NCBI GenBank assembly: GCA_963575745.1
Contig: CAUYUJ010000302.1
Span: 1-64,000, forward strand
Direction of reading: 5' to 3'
Source: Prorocentrum cordatum
Taxonomy: Eukaryota
DNA length: 64,000 nucleotides
Part shown: positions 1 through 12,232 of the stretch, piece after piece
Numbering within the stretch: position 1 is the stretch's first letter
Layout: every line of letters starts with the position of its first letter
Notes under the pieces: generated by a model
Told to the model about the DNA's origin: nothing
Database searches by the model: none
Seen by the model: the letters and a program-made list of their open reading frames with translations, nothing else
Program-made: the position numbers and the translations under genes

Positions 1-589
1 TCCTTCTGCTCTCATCTGCTGCTGGTGCCCCAGCCTTCCTTACGCCTGCAACCCTTATCTTCCTGAGGCCCCAGCTGACGGAGTTTCGGTGCGCATCTGC
101 CATGTGTATCATCATGATTCCTTCCCAGAGGTGACGACACATCGAGAAGATGACCTGCTACGTGTGGGCCGTGGCATGGCCCAGGCCAGCATCGGGCCAT
201 ACTTATCCCCTCGATCCCCAGTCCTGTGATGTATATATATATATATATGTACATACATACACGATTAGTTTCCTCACTCCTCTTCGAGCGCCTTCTCCAC
301 GACGCGCGCCTCCCACTCCTCGTGTTTACCTCCTCGCTCGCCCCTCCCCTCCGCCCTCCATCGATATAAACTCCTACGCCTTTCTGCAAGAGTTCTCCTC
401 CTCCTGCTAGATCCATCCCTGCTTCCTACTCTCGCACATTCATCCTCTACACCTCTTCCTTCCCATACCCTCACTTCTACCTCAATCGTGCCCTGACCAG
501 GCGACGTATACTACTGGTGGTGTACTGGTGGAGCTGAGCGTCCCCGCGGCCCCGTATAGCCCCCTTCATTTTTGGAGGGTGAGAGGAGC

Positions 590-779
<190 letters not shown>

Positions 780-2589
780 TCTCAAGAGACCGCATGCGCA
801 TTATGTTGCACGCGCGCTGACGGACCAGCTCGAGCGCTGGCAAGATCAAGCGCAGGCCGCGAGGCACAATAGTTGCCCGCCCTCCCCTCGAGTCCAGGAG
901 ATTCCAGCTCGAGAACGCTCGTTCGATAGAACGATGTCCAACGCCCCCTCCCCCATGCCACAGCCCTCCTACCAGCCTCCATCCCTCGAACTTCCCTTCC
1001 CCCTCACGTCGACGCTGTCCCCCTCACTGTCCCTCGAGTTGCGCTCTCCCGAGAGGCCCCTCTGCAGGATGATTTCAGAATGCATGTGCCATGGGCGCCA
1101 AACGGTTCGTGCAAACGGGCACCCGCCTAGGACCCCCAAGGATGGTTCAGGAGTCGAGTCTCTGAGGATGCTTCAATCCTGCCTCGCATACGCAGCGAGA
1201 TCCTCGAGTGATGTATGTTTGTCTGTATGTCTGTATGTCTGGGTGTCTGTATGTATGTATGTATGTATGTATGTGTGTGTGTATGTATGTAATTGTGTTC
1301 AGGATGATTCAGCGGTCGATCGAACGGACAAGGAGGTGGTGCATAGGACCACTCGGACGATTGTGGCCTGAACGGTGCGATCGGTGCATGGTCTTGCCTT
1401 GCGCGCAGTTCTGGGATCGAACACGGTGGGATTCCAGCCGCGCTCGAGCCGGGGAGCACTCCGACTGGTGACATGGGGCTGGGGATTTGCTTGTTTGCAT
1501 CGTCATGTGTGCGCTGCGTTCGGAAGTGGACTGATGTGGCAGTGCATGATGAGCAGGTTGCGTAAGCCATACAAGCCACCACTACTGTACATGCACCAAC
1601 CACCCGACACCACCCACCCAACTCGTCCACCGAACCGTCGACCCAGCCCAACCACCACTACCACCACTACCACAACCCGAGTACAGAACAACCACCACTG
1701 CCGAACAACCGAACTCACATAATCCACGAGCTCACACCCCACACCCACCTCGAACGCACATGAAACTGATGCATGCGATGTCCAACATGTGATCGACAAC
1801 CCCACAACCCAACCAAAGTATTGCATAAACGAACTAACAACCCAGCACACCACCCCTGGCAACAAACCCAACGATCTGAAATGATTGCATGTACAGCGCG
1901 CGCCCGTGTTTTTAATATGTTTCTTCTGCGTACTGACGCTAGAGTATGTGGCTTCAGTACGTTGCTGCCCGAGGGCGAAGAGAATAACATCAGATCTGAA
2001 CACAAACGCACACACACACACACACCACCACCACCACCACACCACCACCACCACCACCACTACCACCACCACCACCACCACCACCACCACCACCACCACA
2101 TGATGCACGGACGCGTGCCCGCACGCGCGCGCTCCCCCCCCCCTGCCCCCCGCCGCCAGGTGCACATGATTGTGCTGGGCTCCGGAGAGGACCGCTGCAT
2201 GCATGCATCGATCGACCTGCGGATTTCCAGCCGCGCTGATCGACCACTGCGTTCGGAAGTGGACACTTTGGGGTGTGAGGTGTTGCGTTATGGTTGGGGC
2301 ACGGGGATTATAGTCGGGCTCAAGCGCTCGCGCGGCTCGATCGCTGAGGATTTCCCAGCCGCGCTCGATTGCGCTGCGTTTGGAAGCGGTCTGGAGGTTC
2401 GGTGGCGGCGGGGTGATCATCGGGCGGGCGTATACGGGGCGATCGGCGGGGGCGCGTTGGTCGTGGGGGGGGGCGTCGGGGGTTCGGTGGCGGCGGATTA
2501 GCGGGCTTTCGGCAAAGGTGCGTTGGCGGGGGTGCGTCGACAGTTGGGAGACGCGGGTGCGTTGCGGGTTTCGGGCGGGCGGTGGTGGT

Positions 2590-3425
2590 TTCATGTTTTT
2601 TCATGTTTTTCATGTTTTTTTTCATGTTTTTTCATTGTCATGTTTTTTTCATGTGTTCTCATGTTTGTTCATGTGTTTTCATGTTTTTTTCAGCGTCATG
2701 TTTTTTCATGTTGTTTCATGTTTTTTTCATGTTTTCATGTTTTTTTTTTCATGTTTCTTTCATGTTTTTTCATGTTTTTTCCCGCGTCATGTTTTTTCAT
2801 GTTTTTTTCATGTTTTTCATGTTTTTTTTTCATGTTTTTTTCATGTTTTTTTCATGCTCATGTTTTTCATGTTTTTCATGTTTCTTCATGTTTTCATGTT
2901 TTTTTTCATGTTTCTTTCATGTTTTTTCATGTTTTTTCCCGCGTCATGTTTTTCATGTGTTTTCATGTTTTTTCATGTGTTTCATGTTTTTTCATGTTTC
3001 TTTCATGTTTTTTCATGGTTTTTCATGTTCACGTTTTTCATGTTTTTTCATGTTTTTCATGTTTTCATGTTTTTTCCTGTTTCTCTCATGTTTTTTTCAT
3101 GTTTTTTCCCGCATCATGTTTTTTTCATGTTTTTTTCATGTTTTTTCTTCATGTGTTTCATGTTTTTTTTCATGTTTCTTTCATGTTTTTTCATGTTTTT
3201 TCATGTTCATGTTTTTTCATGTTTTTTCATGGGTTTTCATGTGTTTCATGTTTTTTTTTCATGTTTCTTTCATGTTGTTTTCATGTTTTTTCATGTTCGT
3301 GGTTTTTCATGTTTTTCATGTTTTTTCATGTTTTCATGTTTTTTTTTCATGTTTTTCTTTCTATGTTTTTTCATGTTTTTTCATTTCCTGTGCTTTCATG
3401 TGTTTTCATGTGTTTTCATGTTTCT
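2590..3425. repeat. CATG(T)n satellite (~9-11 bp unit)
   Basis: About 835 bp of reiterated CATGTTTTT. This is the source of the spurious F/M/H/C-rich ORFs. Confidence 0.97.
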
Positions 3426-3792
3426 TCCATCGCGCGCGCGCATGTGCCCCATCACCTCCCCGCCCCCGCGCGGCCGCCCTGGCCACCCCCCAGATCGTCC
3501 AAGGACCCCGCACGCACCGCCCCCAGCCCCCACGATTGCACCCATCAAACCCAACTGCAGCAGCCTCGCAACCTACGCGACACACCAACCACCACCACCG
3601 CCAACACCTACAAGCACCATCACCACGTCGCCACCACCACCACCACAACCACCACCCACCCACCACCACCACCGCCACCACGACCCACCACCACCACGCG
3701 CACGTACGGTGGTACCATATATGTATGCACTGCCGCTTCGAACCAGCGCGGCCCGCGCAGTTGGGCAACAGGTGAGGCGCCGCGCTGGCGCC

Positions 3793-6700
3793 ATGCCCCC
3801 GAAGCGCAAGAATGCTGACCAGAAGGCCTCCTGTCCAGAACTGCCCCGCTCGAGTCCGGAGGGGTCCTCGATCACCGCGCGTCGACTTCGGCACGCGTGC
3901 AACTCGGGTTGCACTCGCACCGGAGTCGACGCCCGATCGGGCGACGAAATCTATACACATACTGGTACCCTGGTCAGGCCCATTCTGGACCCAGGATATA
4001 TGCATATCTATGCACAGCTGCATATATATGCGTGTGTATATATACACATATACGTGGCACGCCATGTCCAGGGAACAGTGGATATGTATAGATTTCGTCT
4101 CCCTGAGCTCGGGAGCTAGAGGGCCCAGGAGGCGATGAGGATGCTTGCGCCGCGCCCTATCGGAGGCGAAGGCGGCGGCTGCAGCGCCGAACAAGGAGAA
4201 GCTGAAGCGGGCCAGGGAGGCGAACACAGAGTACGAAAACGCGCTGCAGCGTGTACGGCGCCCTGTGCTTTAATGACTTATGAGCAGGTGGGAATGAGGA
4301 ATAGGTGGGAACACGTGGGAAGGAAAGGAGCAGGTGGGAATGAAGGGAACAGGTGGCGGGAAGGAGGAATGTTGCACTTGTTCTGAGCAGGTGGGAAGGA
4401 GGGGTGAGGTAACGGAGCGAATGGGGAGGCGAGGAAAGGATGACAAACCAGGTTGAAAAAATGAGAGGATGAATCGAGGAATGATGAGGACATGAGGATC
4501 GAAGGAGGGGCGATGGACATTCGAGGCACGAGGACCGAGGAGAAGAATGGATGAGGATGAGGAAAGAAATGAGGGGATGAGGACCGAAGAGAAAAATGGG
4601 GGGATGAGGATCGAAGGAGGGATGAGGAACGAGGGGAGGAAGGAGGATATCATCACCCCAGGTACCACGCAAAGAAGACCAAGAAGGAGCTGCACGATGA
4701 GTTCAAGAAACTCAGCCAGGACAGAAAGGACCACTGGCTGCGGCGCTGGCAGGAGACAGGCTCGACGAGAGGGCTCTGAGGAAGGAGGATATGAGGAGGA
4801 AGGGGCAACATTACAGGGCAGGTTTTAATGCTATGCATAAATTCATGCATGAACTCATCGTTGGTTTTAGTACTAAACCCTGCATTTTTTATACATGATC
4901 CGCACGCAGAGCATGCATTAAAAACTGCACTGTACCAAATGATCGGACCCGAGAAGGAGCTACCTGACGGAGAAGGATGAGGAAGATGAATATGAACATG
5001 GTGCGGAGGAGGGTGAGGGGAATAAGATAAATACGTCGATGATGAGGATGAGTGGTCGAAAAAAAACTATGATGATAAATAAGCATGAGGAAGAAGATGA
5101 GGAGGAAGAAGGATGACGATAGTGAACATATAGCATGAGCGATTGGCAACTTCGACTTCGCGCAAGTCGAGAAGCAGGAGTACGAGGAGAGGCCCAGGAG
5201 CAGCGGCCACGAGGACAAATGGTACACGAAAGACGAGCTGCTGGTGAGTTTCGGTTACAACGCAGCCTTGCCCGACTGCCCCATGTCTGTGAGGAATCGT
5301 TGTTTTTCTTGTTTGCTTGAAGGGGACGCCGAAGGATGGAGTGGTGATGGAAGAGGGGTGCGAGGCTAGAATGATCTAAGGAGGGAAGATGACATCGGTG
5401 AGGAAAGGTGGGAATATGAGGATCGATTGAAGGACCTACGAGTGAGATCGATGGATTGCCGATGGGAGGATTTGATGAGAGGAGGAAGGAGGGAGTGAGG
5501 AGGCGAGATCGATTGGATGATCGATGAGGGGATCCACGAGAAGAACGACTGATGATCCATGGGAGGATGGGGGACTCGCCTACAGACAATACGCTGAAAA
5601 AGGGAACAGTTTGGGTTCGGAGGGTACTCGATGTTCCTCAGGTCCTTCCATGTCTGCTCCATGATACCCTCGCAAGCGTTGTTAGTCCTAGGGGTCTCGT
5701 TCCTTATCCATCGTTCCTTCATTCAGCAGCCCGAGTGCAGGGAGTAAACATCGAGCCTATACAGGGCCGTGGCGCGCGCCGAAGCTATCGTCGCTACCTG
5801 CAGGGCGTGCCGTGGACACGCGAAGGTGGGCAGGATGAGGATAAGGATGATGGGGGAACAGAGAAGCTAGATGAGGAGGGAGAGGAGGGGGAGGAGGAGG
5901 AGGATGAGGAGGGGGAGGGGGAGGAGGGGTTCTTTGGTGAGTTATTGTTAGCGTCTTGCTTTTTGGGTGGTTTTTGGTACGCTTATCGTTACTTCTTTAT
6001 CCTTACATGTTATTGTTCTGTGTTACAGTTGTTGGTTTCTGCTATACTTTTAATAGCGTTTTGTTTTGTTTGTGTCGTTCTATAGGTGTGACTTTTGAGG
6101 CTTCTTGTACAGTCATTGGGTCAGTTGCCTGGTTGTGTATCCATATCGTTTTTTCTGTTGGAGGAGGAGGAGGAAGGAGGAGGAGGAGGAGGAGGGGAGG
6201 ACGAGGAGGAGGAGGACGAGACCGAGAGAAGATGAGGATTCTAACAAATACGTGTATCCAGGCTGAGGGTGATTTGACCTAAACAAGATTTATGTGTTTC
6301 GTAGTTGTGCCCTCGATTTGCCAGGCCCTGGAATTGTCAAAAAAAAACCACTCAGATGAAAATCCAGCCCTGGATAAGGACGAGGATGAGCAGGAGAAGG
6401 GGCAGCCCAGGTGGACAGGCAGCACGGTGAGGAGGTCTTCAAGCGAGTTGAAGACTACGAGCGGGTCTCCACCAACCACGGCCAGAGGCTGCAGACCAGC
6501 ATGACCAGCGACCAGCAGCCGGTGGAGCCCGTCAGGCGCGACCTTGCTGGTCGCTGCTCGCAGGCCAGACGGGAGGGAGGGATCGAAATGGATTAGCTTC
6601 GAAGTGGAGGACGGAGGACGAGAACCTCGAATAACAATATTCCCGTGACTTGCGTGCATCTGTCCTGTTCGAGGTCCTCGTCCTCCAACCTCCTCTCCGA

Positions 6701-8543
6701 GCTCATCCATCCCCGATTCCTCGCTTCTGGCGGAGGCCCTGGACAGCGGTTCGGACGATGACGACTCCTACAGCAGCTACACTGATGATGAGGACGCTGA
6801 GGGAAAACATAGATGATACAAATATGATGCCATAATGTTCAGATGGGTAGGCTGTCAAGGAGGTGGGGGTAGGAGGAGGTGGGATACATGGATCAGGGCG
6901 CTACGGATTTTCCAGGGTGCCAGGAAGGGGACGAGATGAGCAAGAGGAAGGAGGATACTGAGGAGGAGGAGGAGGAGGAGGAGGAGGAGGAGTTGTGACA
7001 TAAGGAGGGGGGTACGAGAAGGAGGAGCGTGATACGAGATGTGGAGGATGATGCGATGAGGGTGGGAATACCTCGAGGAGAATCTGATAATCAACCCTCC
7101 ATCCCCATGATTAGGGAGATGGAGAAGGCTTGAGTATCCTATTCCCCAAGCCCAGGACGAGCCTGGAGCAGCAGCGACGCCCTCGACAGCAGGATCCATC
7201 CAGATCGGCACCAGCGTGGCCACGAACCTGGGAGCTGCTACCCTCCTCCACGCGCTGCTGTCTGGCTGGAAGGTGGGAGGAGGAGGTGTTGATGATGATG
7301 GTGCTGCTGTGGCTGATGGTGAAGCTGATGGTGGTGAGTGGTGAGATGATGCTGATGATGCTGATGATGGCAAGGTTCATGGTGATGGTGATGATGACTA
7401 GCATTATGATTGTGAGTCGCATTACTACTCCACTTGAGTTTATGCTGATAATGTTGTTGAGTATGCTGATTATGATGATGATGATGACGATGCTGCTGAT
7501 GATGCTGGTGTTGATGATGATGATGATGTTGATGATGATGATGATGATGCTGATGATGACGATGATGATGATGATGGTGATGATCAAGACGATGATGATG
7601 TCAATGATGTTGTTGATGCTGCTGCTGATGATGATGATGCAGACGGCCGACCACGGGTCCCGTTCCAGCCAACTGGAGGGATGCTTGGCCCTCTGACGAG
7701 GAACACTGCAGCTGCAGTCGAGGTAGCGGAGGACTAGGAGTGGGAATGATCATGAATGAGGAGGCGAATGCACGAACGAGGTTGGGAAGGACGACTGGAG
7801 CAGGCGAGAGGAGAGAGGAGAACTCGATGAGCAACAGCAGGATGAAAAATGAGGGGGGAGGATGGCGAGGAGGAGCACGAGGACGAGGATTGGAGGAAAG
7901 AGGACGAAAAGATGAGGACGAACTCGACTAATATCGAGGGCGGAGGTGTCCGAGATGCCCTGGTTGCAGCCGTGGCACGTGCAGCTCGAGGAGAATGTCG
8001 CCGCGCTGGAGTTTGCGAAGGATGCGTTGGTCTACCATGTGCAGAACAGGTCGGTCGCATCAATCCTCTTCCTCCTCGTCTTCCTCCTCCCTCTCCGCCT
8101 CCTCCCCTCCACCTCGCCCTCTTCCTCGTCACAACTTCTCCCAACACAATCCCCTCATCGCCTGGTCCCCGAGGCCCAAGTGATGGCGGATTGGTCTCGC
8201 ATCGCTCTCTTTCCAGGTCGTCCGAGGCCGACATGAACTACAGCGAGTGCGTCGCTGCCATCACAAAGGCCATCAGCGGGTGAAGAGGGAGAATGATGAG
8301 GAGGGAGTGGGGGAGGAGGAGGAGGAGGAGGAGGAGGAACAGGAAGAGGATGAAGCAACGGAAGACGCAATATTGACAGATCCTCCCACTCGTGATCGCC
8401 CATCCCGTTGATCCCTCCATGGGCGCAACGGTCGAGGGGATCGTGAGAGGGAGCGGGGACTCCAGGCGAACAGCATCTACCAGATGACCCCCCCTGTCCA
8501 GCAGTCCGTCGCCGCGGCCAACGCGCAGATCGCACCGCCGTGA
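3793..8543 (+). CDS. Putative multi-exon (~10 exons) gene of unknown function, possibly the accessory ORF of the adjacent CMC-like transposon; at least one frameshift
   Basis: Coding-like islands separated by GAG/GAT low-complexity introns. 3793-3825 MPPKRKNADQK (GC donor); ~4122-4248 ..LRRALSEAKAAAAAPNKEKLKRAREANTEYENAL (1-nt shift near 4144); 4662-4759 QYHAKKTKKELHDEFKKLSQDRKDHWLRRWQET; ~5140-5285 GNFDFAQVEKQEYEERPRSSGHEDKWYTKDELLVSFGY; ~5755-5818 RAVARAEAIVATCRAC; ~6411-6563 VDRQHGEEVFKRVEDYERV; ~6730-6801 acidic; ~7150-7272; ~7940-8049 EMPWLQPWHVQLEENVAALEFAKDALVYHVQN; ~8217-8279; ~8467-8543. The 4248/4662 and 4759/5140 junctions are GC-AG and in frame. Later junctions were not fully verified. 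Confidence 0.5.
5575..5722 (-). pseudogene. Short Mutator/MULE-like transposase fragment
   Basis: The minus-strand peptide RWIRNETPRTNNACEGIMEQTWKDLRNIEYPPNPN resembles the MULE catalytic-Glu motif 'PRTNNxxEGxH...HPN'. No other part of the transposase was seen. Confidence 0.35.
7290..7640. repeat. (GAT)n-rich low-complexity tract
   Basis: Directly visible. Confidence 0.9.
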
Positions 8544-8814
8544 TCCACCACCCCGACCCGAGCACAAATTCGAGAGGAGGGAGGATCCGGTATCACCGTA
8601 AAGGAAGAGAGAATGATGAAACAATCGGCGGGGGGGTGACGGAAGGAGGGGTGGCGGAAGGAGCTCCAGATGAGGGTGATATCTTCGAGGGCAGTGATCG
8701 AGTGATCAGACCTCCTCTCGATAGTAAGGGAGCCCTCGAGGGGCTCATCGGCCATGTTTCTCGGCCATTCTGAAGGGTGGGCGCCTAAACATTTCAACGC
8801 CCCTTGTCCCAGTC

Positions 8815-8867
8815 AGAGACGGGCCCGCGGATGGGGGGTACCCCCCCATATGCGCGGGCCCGTCTCT
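8815..8867. repeat. 53-bp near-perfect palindrome
   Basis: AGAGACGGGCCCGCG (8815-8829) is the exact reverse complement of CGCGGGCCCGTCTCT (8853-8867). The interior ATGGGGGGTACCCCCCCAT is also nearly self-complementary. Confidence 0.85.
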
Positions 8868-9236
8868 AACCCTGGAACCTTTTCTTCGTTTGGGGGCCCG
8901 AGGCCATGCCCAGAGCCCGAGGCCGTCTCTGACCCTGGTGCCCTTCCTCGTTCGGCCGAGGCCATGCGAAGGCCGACGTTTCGGACCGATCGGTCCTAGT
9001 TTGCTGGCGCGCGACGTGCGCGACGTTACAGCTCGAGCAAGGCGAGGAGGGGCTCGCCGTGCATCGCTCGAAATAAGCGACGCGTTCTCGAGAATTGCAC
9101 GTCTCCTCCTCATACTCTTCTTCAGTCGTCTTCCTCCGCCACATTACCCCCCTCTTCTTCTTCATCCTCCTCCTCCTCCTCCTCCTCCTCCTCCTCCTCC
9201 TCCTCCTCCTCATCATCATCATCATCATCATCTTCG

Positions 9237-9269
<33 letters not shown>

Positions 9270-9936
9270 CCATCATCATCATTCTCCTCCTTCCAAGTTT
9301 AGTGTACCTCCACGCGTAGTGTTTACACGCCCTGGTTGCAAGTACCCCCCCAGCTTGATTGTCTGAGGAGGGCGTGGCACTCAGCTGGTGGGGCATCATC
9401 TCGCCCGCCCGATCCCCATCCAACCATTCCCGCCCGACCCCCTGACGCTCCTTCCTTCACCTCCCGTACTGGTGCAGGCATCCTTGCAGAATGCTCTGCA
9501 CTGAGTTCGTTAATGGTGCTACGTGGGTCGTCCCGAATACGCTCGCGTGGGCACTCCAAGTGTTGCTGACCACCCATCCCCAGTCCTACTAACGAGGGGC
9601 GAGAAGGGATGCCAGTGGACATACGCACATCATATTATGGAGGCGTGGAGTGGAGGAGCCAATTCTGTTTTTGAGAGGGGTCCCAGGGTCAACACGTTTG
9701 GTGACACCTCCCTCGCATGGAGGAGGGGGGAGAGACATCATTGAACACCTCGCCACATCCATCATCAGATGCAATCATGCTGCATCTTGAAGATGTGTGC
9801 TGTTCCAATGCGTACCTGTGCATCCTTGCTTTTGCTGACCAGGTGGGGACAAGTTCCAGCTAGGGGAGTTCAAGGAACTTGCATCGTCACTGCGCGCATC
9901 CTGGGGCCATCGACGCTAGAGCTGATAGGATACCAT

Positions 9937-10080
9937 GGTTTCAAACAATAAGTTGTGGCTGTTCACTTGAAGCGTTCGGTTTCAAACAATACGTTGTGGT
10001 TGTTCACTTCAAGCGTTCGGTTTCACTGGGTTTGTCCGTAAGCGTTTCGGTTTCAAACGATACGTTGTCGTTGTTCACAC
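9937..10080 (+). repeat. 41-bp tandem repeat (GGTTTCAAACAATACGTTGTGGTTGTTCACTTCAAGCGTTC) directly upstream of the transposase ATG
   Basis: Copies start at 9937 and 9978, with a partial copy at 10019 and another copy at 10049. The last copy abuts the ATG at 10081. Confidence 0.8.
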
Positions 10081-10265
10081 ATGTCAGCCCGCGCCGCTGC
10101 AGCCCTGCACTCCACCGACGCTGGAGGTGGAGGGGGTCGCGCGGGCGCTGGAGGCAGTGCTGGTCGCGCTCCTGGTGTGGGCGCTGGAGGCAGTGCGCGT
10201 CGCGCTCCTGGTGTGGGCGCTGGAGGCAGTGGGGGTGGCGATCCTGGTACTGCAGGCCAGGGCAC

Positions 10266-10590
10266 GTCGGCGGTTGAACCACAGGGCCCTGGTCCGAGGG
10301 ATGTGGTTTGTATACGAGTGTATGTATGTATGTATGTGTGTATGCATGTCTGTATACACATATATGTATATACGTATACATGATTATGTATATATATATA
10401 TATATATCTATATATATATATACACATGTATGTATGTACAAATGTATGTACATACATCTATACATACGTGTGCGTATACACATGTAAACCTGTTTGTGGG
10501 AAGGGACGGTAAGGTGACCTTCCCCTCGAATGACGTTTCAAATCCCGTCTAGATCCCGTCTGTCAGGGCCCTGTGTTTGAACCGCCGAAG
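10266..10590 (+). mobile_element. TIR-bounded insert that can be read as a GT-AG intron (introner/MITE-like)
   Basis: TCGGCGGTTGAACCACAGGGCCCTG (10267-10291) and CAGGGCCCTGTGTTTGAACCGCCGA (10564-10588) are inverted repeats matching at 23 of 25 positions. Removing GT(10266)..AG(10590), 325 nt, restores the frame (GT|NGSGLREYVVDRY). Confidence 0.7.
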
Positions 10591-10691
10591 CAACGGATCT
10601 GGCCTCCGAGAGTACGTGGTGGACAGGTACCGCCGTGGCCTCTGGACGGCCACTGACGTGTGCATTCTAGCACACCACGTCACTCATGCAG

Positions 10692-10887
10692 GCCAGCCCC
10701 GTGGAGTATAGCATCTTCCATCCCCCACCTCCCTCTTTTTATTTTCTCTCTCTCTCTCTATCTCTTTATGTTCTCCCTGTCTCCTCCCTCATCGCTGTCC
10801 TCCACTCGTCCCCCCTCTCCCCTGCACACTTCCTTTTCACCCCTCCCCTTGCATTTGGAAGATGCGAACACCCCAGCGGTTTTGCAG
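10692..10887 (+). other. GC-AG intron in the transposase gene with TGCAGG duplicated at both junctions
   Basis: Splicing CATGCAG|gc...ttttgcag|GGGGC gives HAG-GTGLEDLA in frame. TGCAGG occurs at 10687-10692 and 10883-10888. Confidence 0.65.
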
Positions 10888-12091
10888 GGGGCACTGGCCT
10901 TGAAGACTTAGCCCGCGCTCCGGGTCGTGGGCACTATGCTGAGCACATTAGGCATGCACTGGGTGAGAGACGTGCTGCATCATTTTACACGTGTGCCGTT
11001 CCCATGTGGAGCAAACATACGGAATCGAGATACTTGAATAAAGATTTCCCCAATCAGCTTACCACGCGAGAGGTTTTTCGAGCTGCTGGAGCAACGTCCT
11101 GCAGATTTCAACACTGTTGATATTAATGATTTGCCTGGGACGTATGCTTCGCACCCTGTTGTTTTAGAAAGAGGACACGCAGACACCGTTCCTCTCACGC
11201 TATACTCAGACGGAGTTCCGTTCTCGAAAACAGAGTCATTTATTTGCTGGTATTGGAGTTCGGCTGTGGATCCCAACAGAAAACGACATTTGATTTGCAC
11301 TGTTAAAAAATCTGACCTTTGCCAGTGCTCGTGCAAGGGGTGGTGCACGATGCAAGTAATACAAAAGGTGAGCGCCTGGTCATTCTCGGCGCTCGCCGCT
11401 GGCACGTTTCCGCCCCTGGACCACAACCAAAAGCTTTTTTTCCCAAGAGCTTCGCGAGCTCCACCGCGGCCTCCCCTTCGGGAAATATGGCGCTCTCGTG
11501 GAGTATCGCGCAGACTTGTTAGAATATGTTTCTTGTTTCGGTTTTACAAATTGGACGCGCGTTCAGCACCCATGTTTTTGTTGCAACGCATCCCGCGCTG
11601 ATATGTTTAATTTTGCCCGCACGTTGGCCCTCTGCCCTTGGCGCCCCCGCCAGCGTAGCGATTTTAATGATGACCTCGTGGCGTGCGTGACCAAAAGGTA
11701 CGTGCAAAGTCGTGCCCAGCTGCGCAGGCTTCTAAGGTGCATGGAGCTTTCGCGCAAATATGGTGGTTTTGCGCTGGTAAGGCCGTTTCCAGAACTTCAT
11801 TTGCCCGTGGGGTGGATCGTCATTTGCGACGAAAACCTACTTGATTGGCACGCCTTCGTGGGCACAGGTGGGTCCATTGGCGTGGATATGCCAGGCTGGC
11901 TCACGTTTTTCAACGCTGCAAACACTTCCAACATTAAATTCTGGAGCCCGCTGTTCACCATCAGAGGGTTTAGTGTCGATTGTCTTCACCTCGATTGTAT
12001 GCACGTTTCCGACCTCGGCATCAGCCAATATGTTGCTGGTGAGGTCATGCTGAAACTAATTGACGCAAATTTTGCGCAATCTGCTGAAGAA

Positions 12092-12232
12092 CGGGGGCCC
12101 GCACGCATGCCGAGTTCGCAACCTACCTGCTCCTCTCACTTCTGAGATCCTCTGGTCATTGCTCCTCATCCGACGTACTGCCCTCGATCTCCATTCCCAT
12201 TATCGTCAAAAGGCGTGCTTGGGGGCCCCCAT
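12092..12232 (+). mobile_element. ~140-160 bp insert or intron in the transposase with imperfect GGGGGCCC..GCACGC inverted ends
   Basis: It separates ...DANFAQSAE from (PT)VERRRVDNMVHLRRRL, which lie in different frames. The left end GGGGGCCCGCACGC resembles the reverse complement of the right end, GGGGGCCCCCAAGCACGC. Exact boundaries are uncertain. Confidence 0.5.

Noticed and set aside
780..1371. Possible 3' exons of another CMC-like transposase (RPHAHY, DDF, HPPR-MIQRSIER)
   Set aside because: Motif matches are fragmentary and need several unsupported frameshifts.
2380..4119. 579/431/397-aa Phe/Met/His-rich ORFs
   Set aside because: These are translations of the CATG(T)n satellite and are open in all three frames. 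Only the MPPKRKNADQK segment looks like a real exon.
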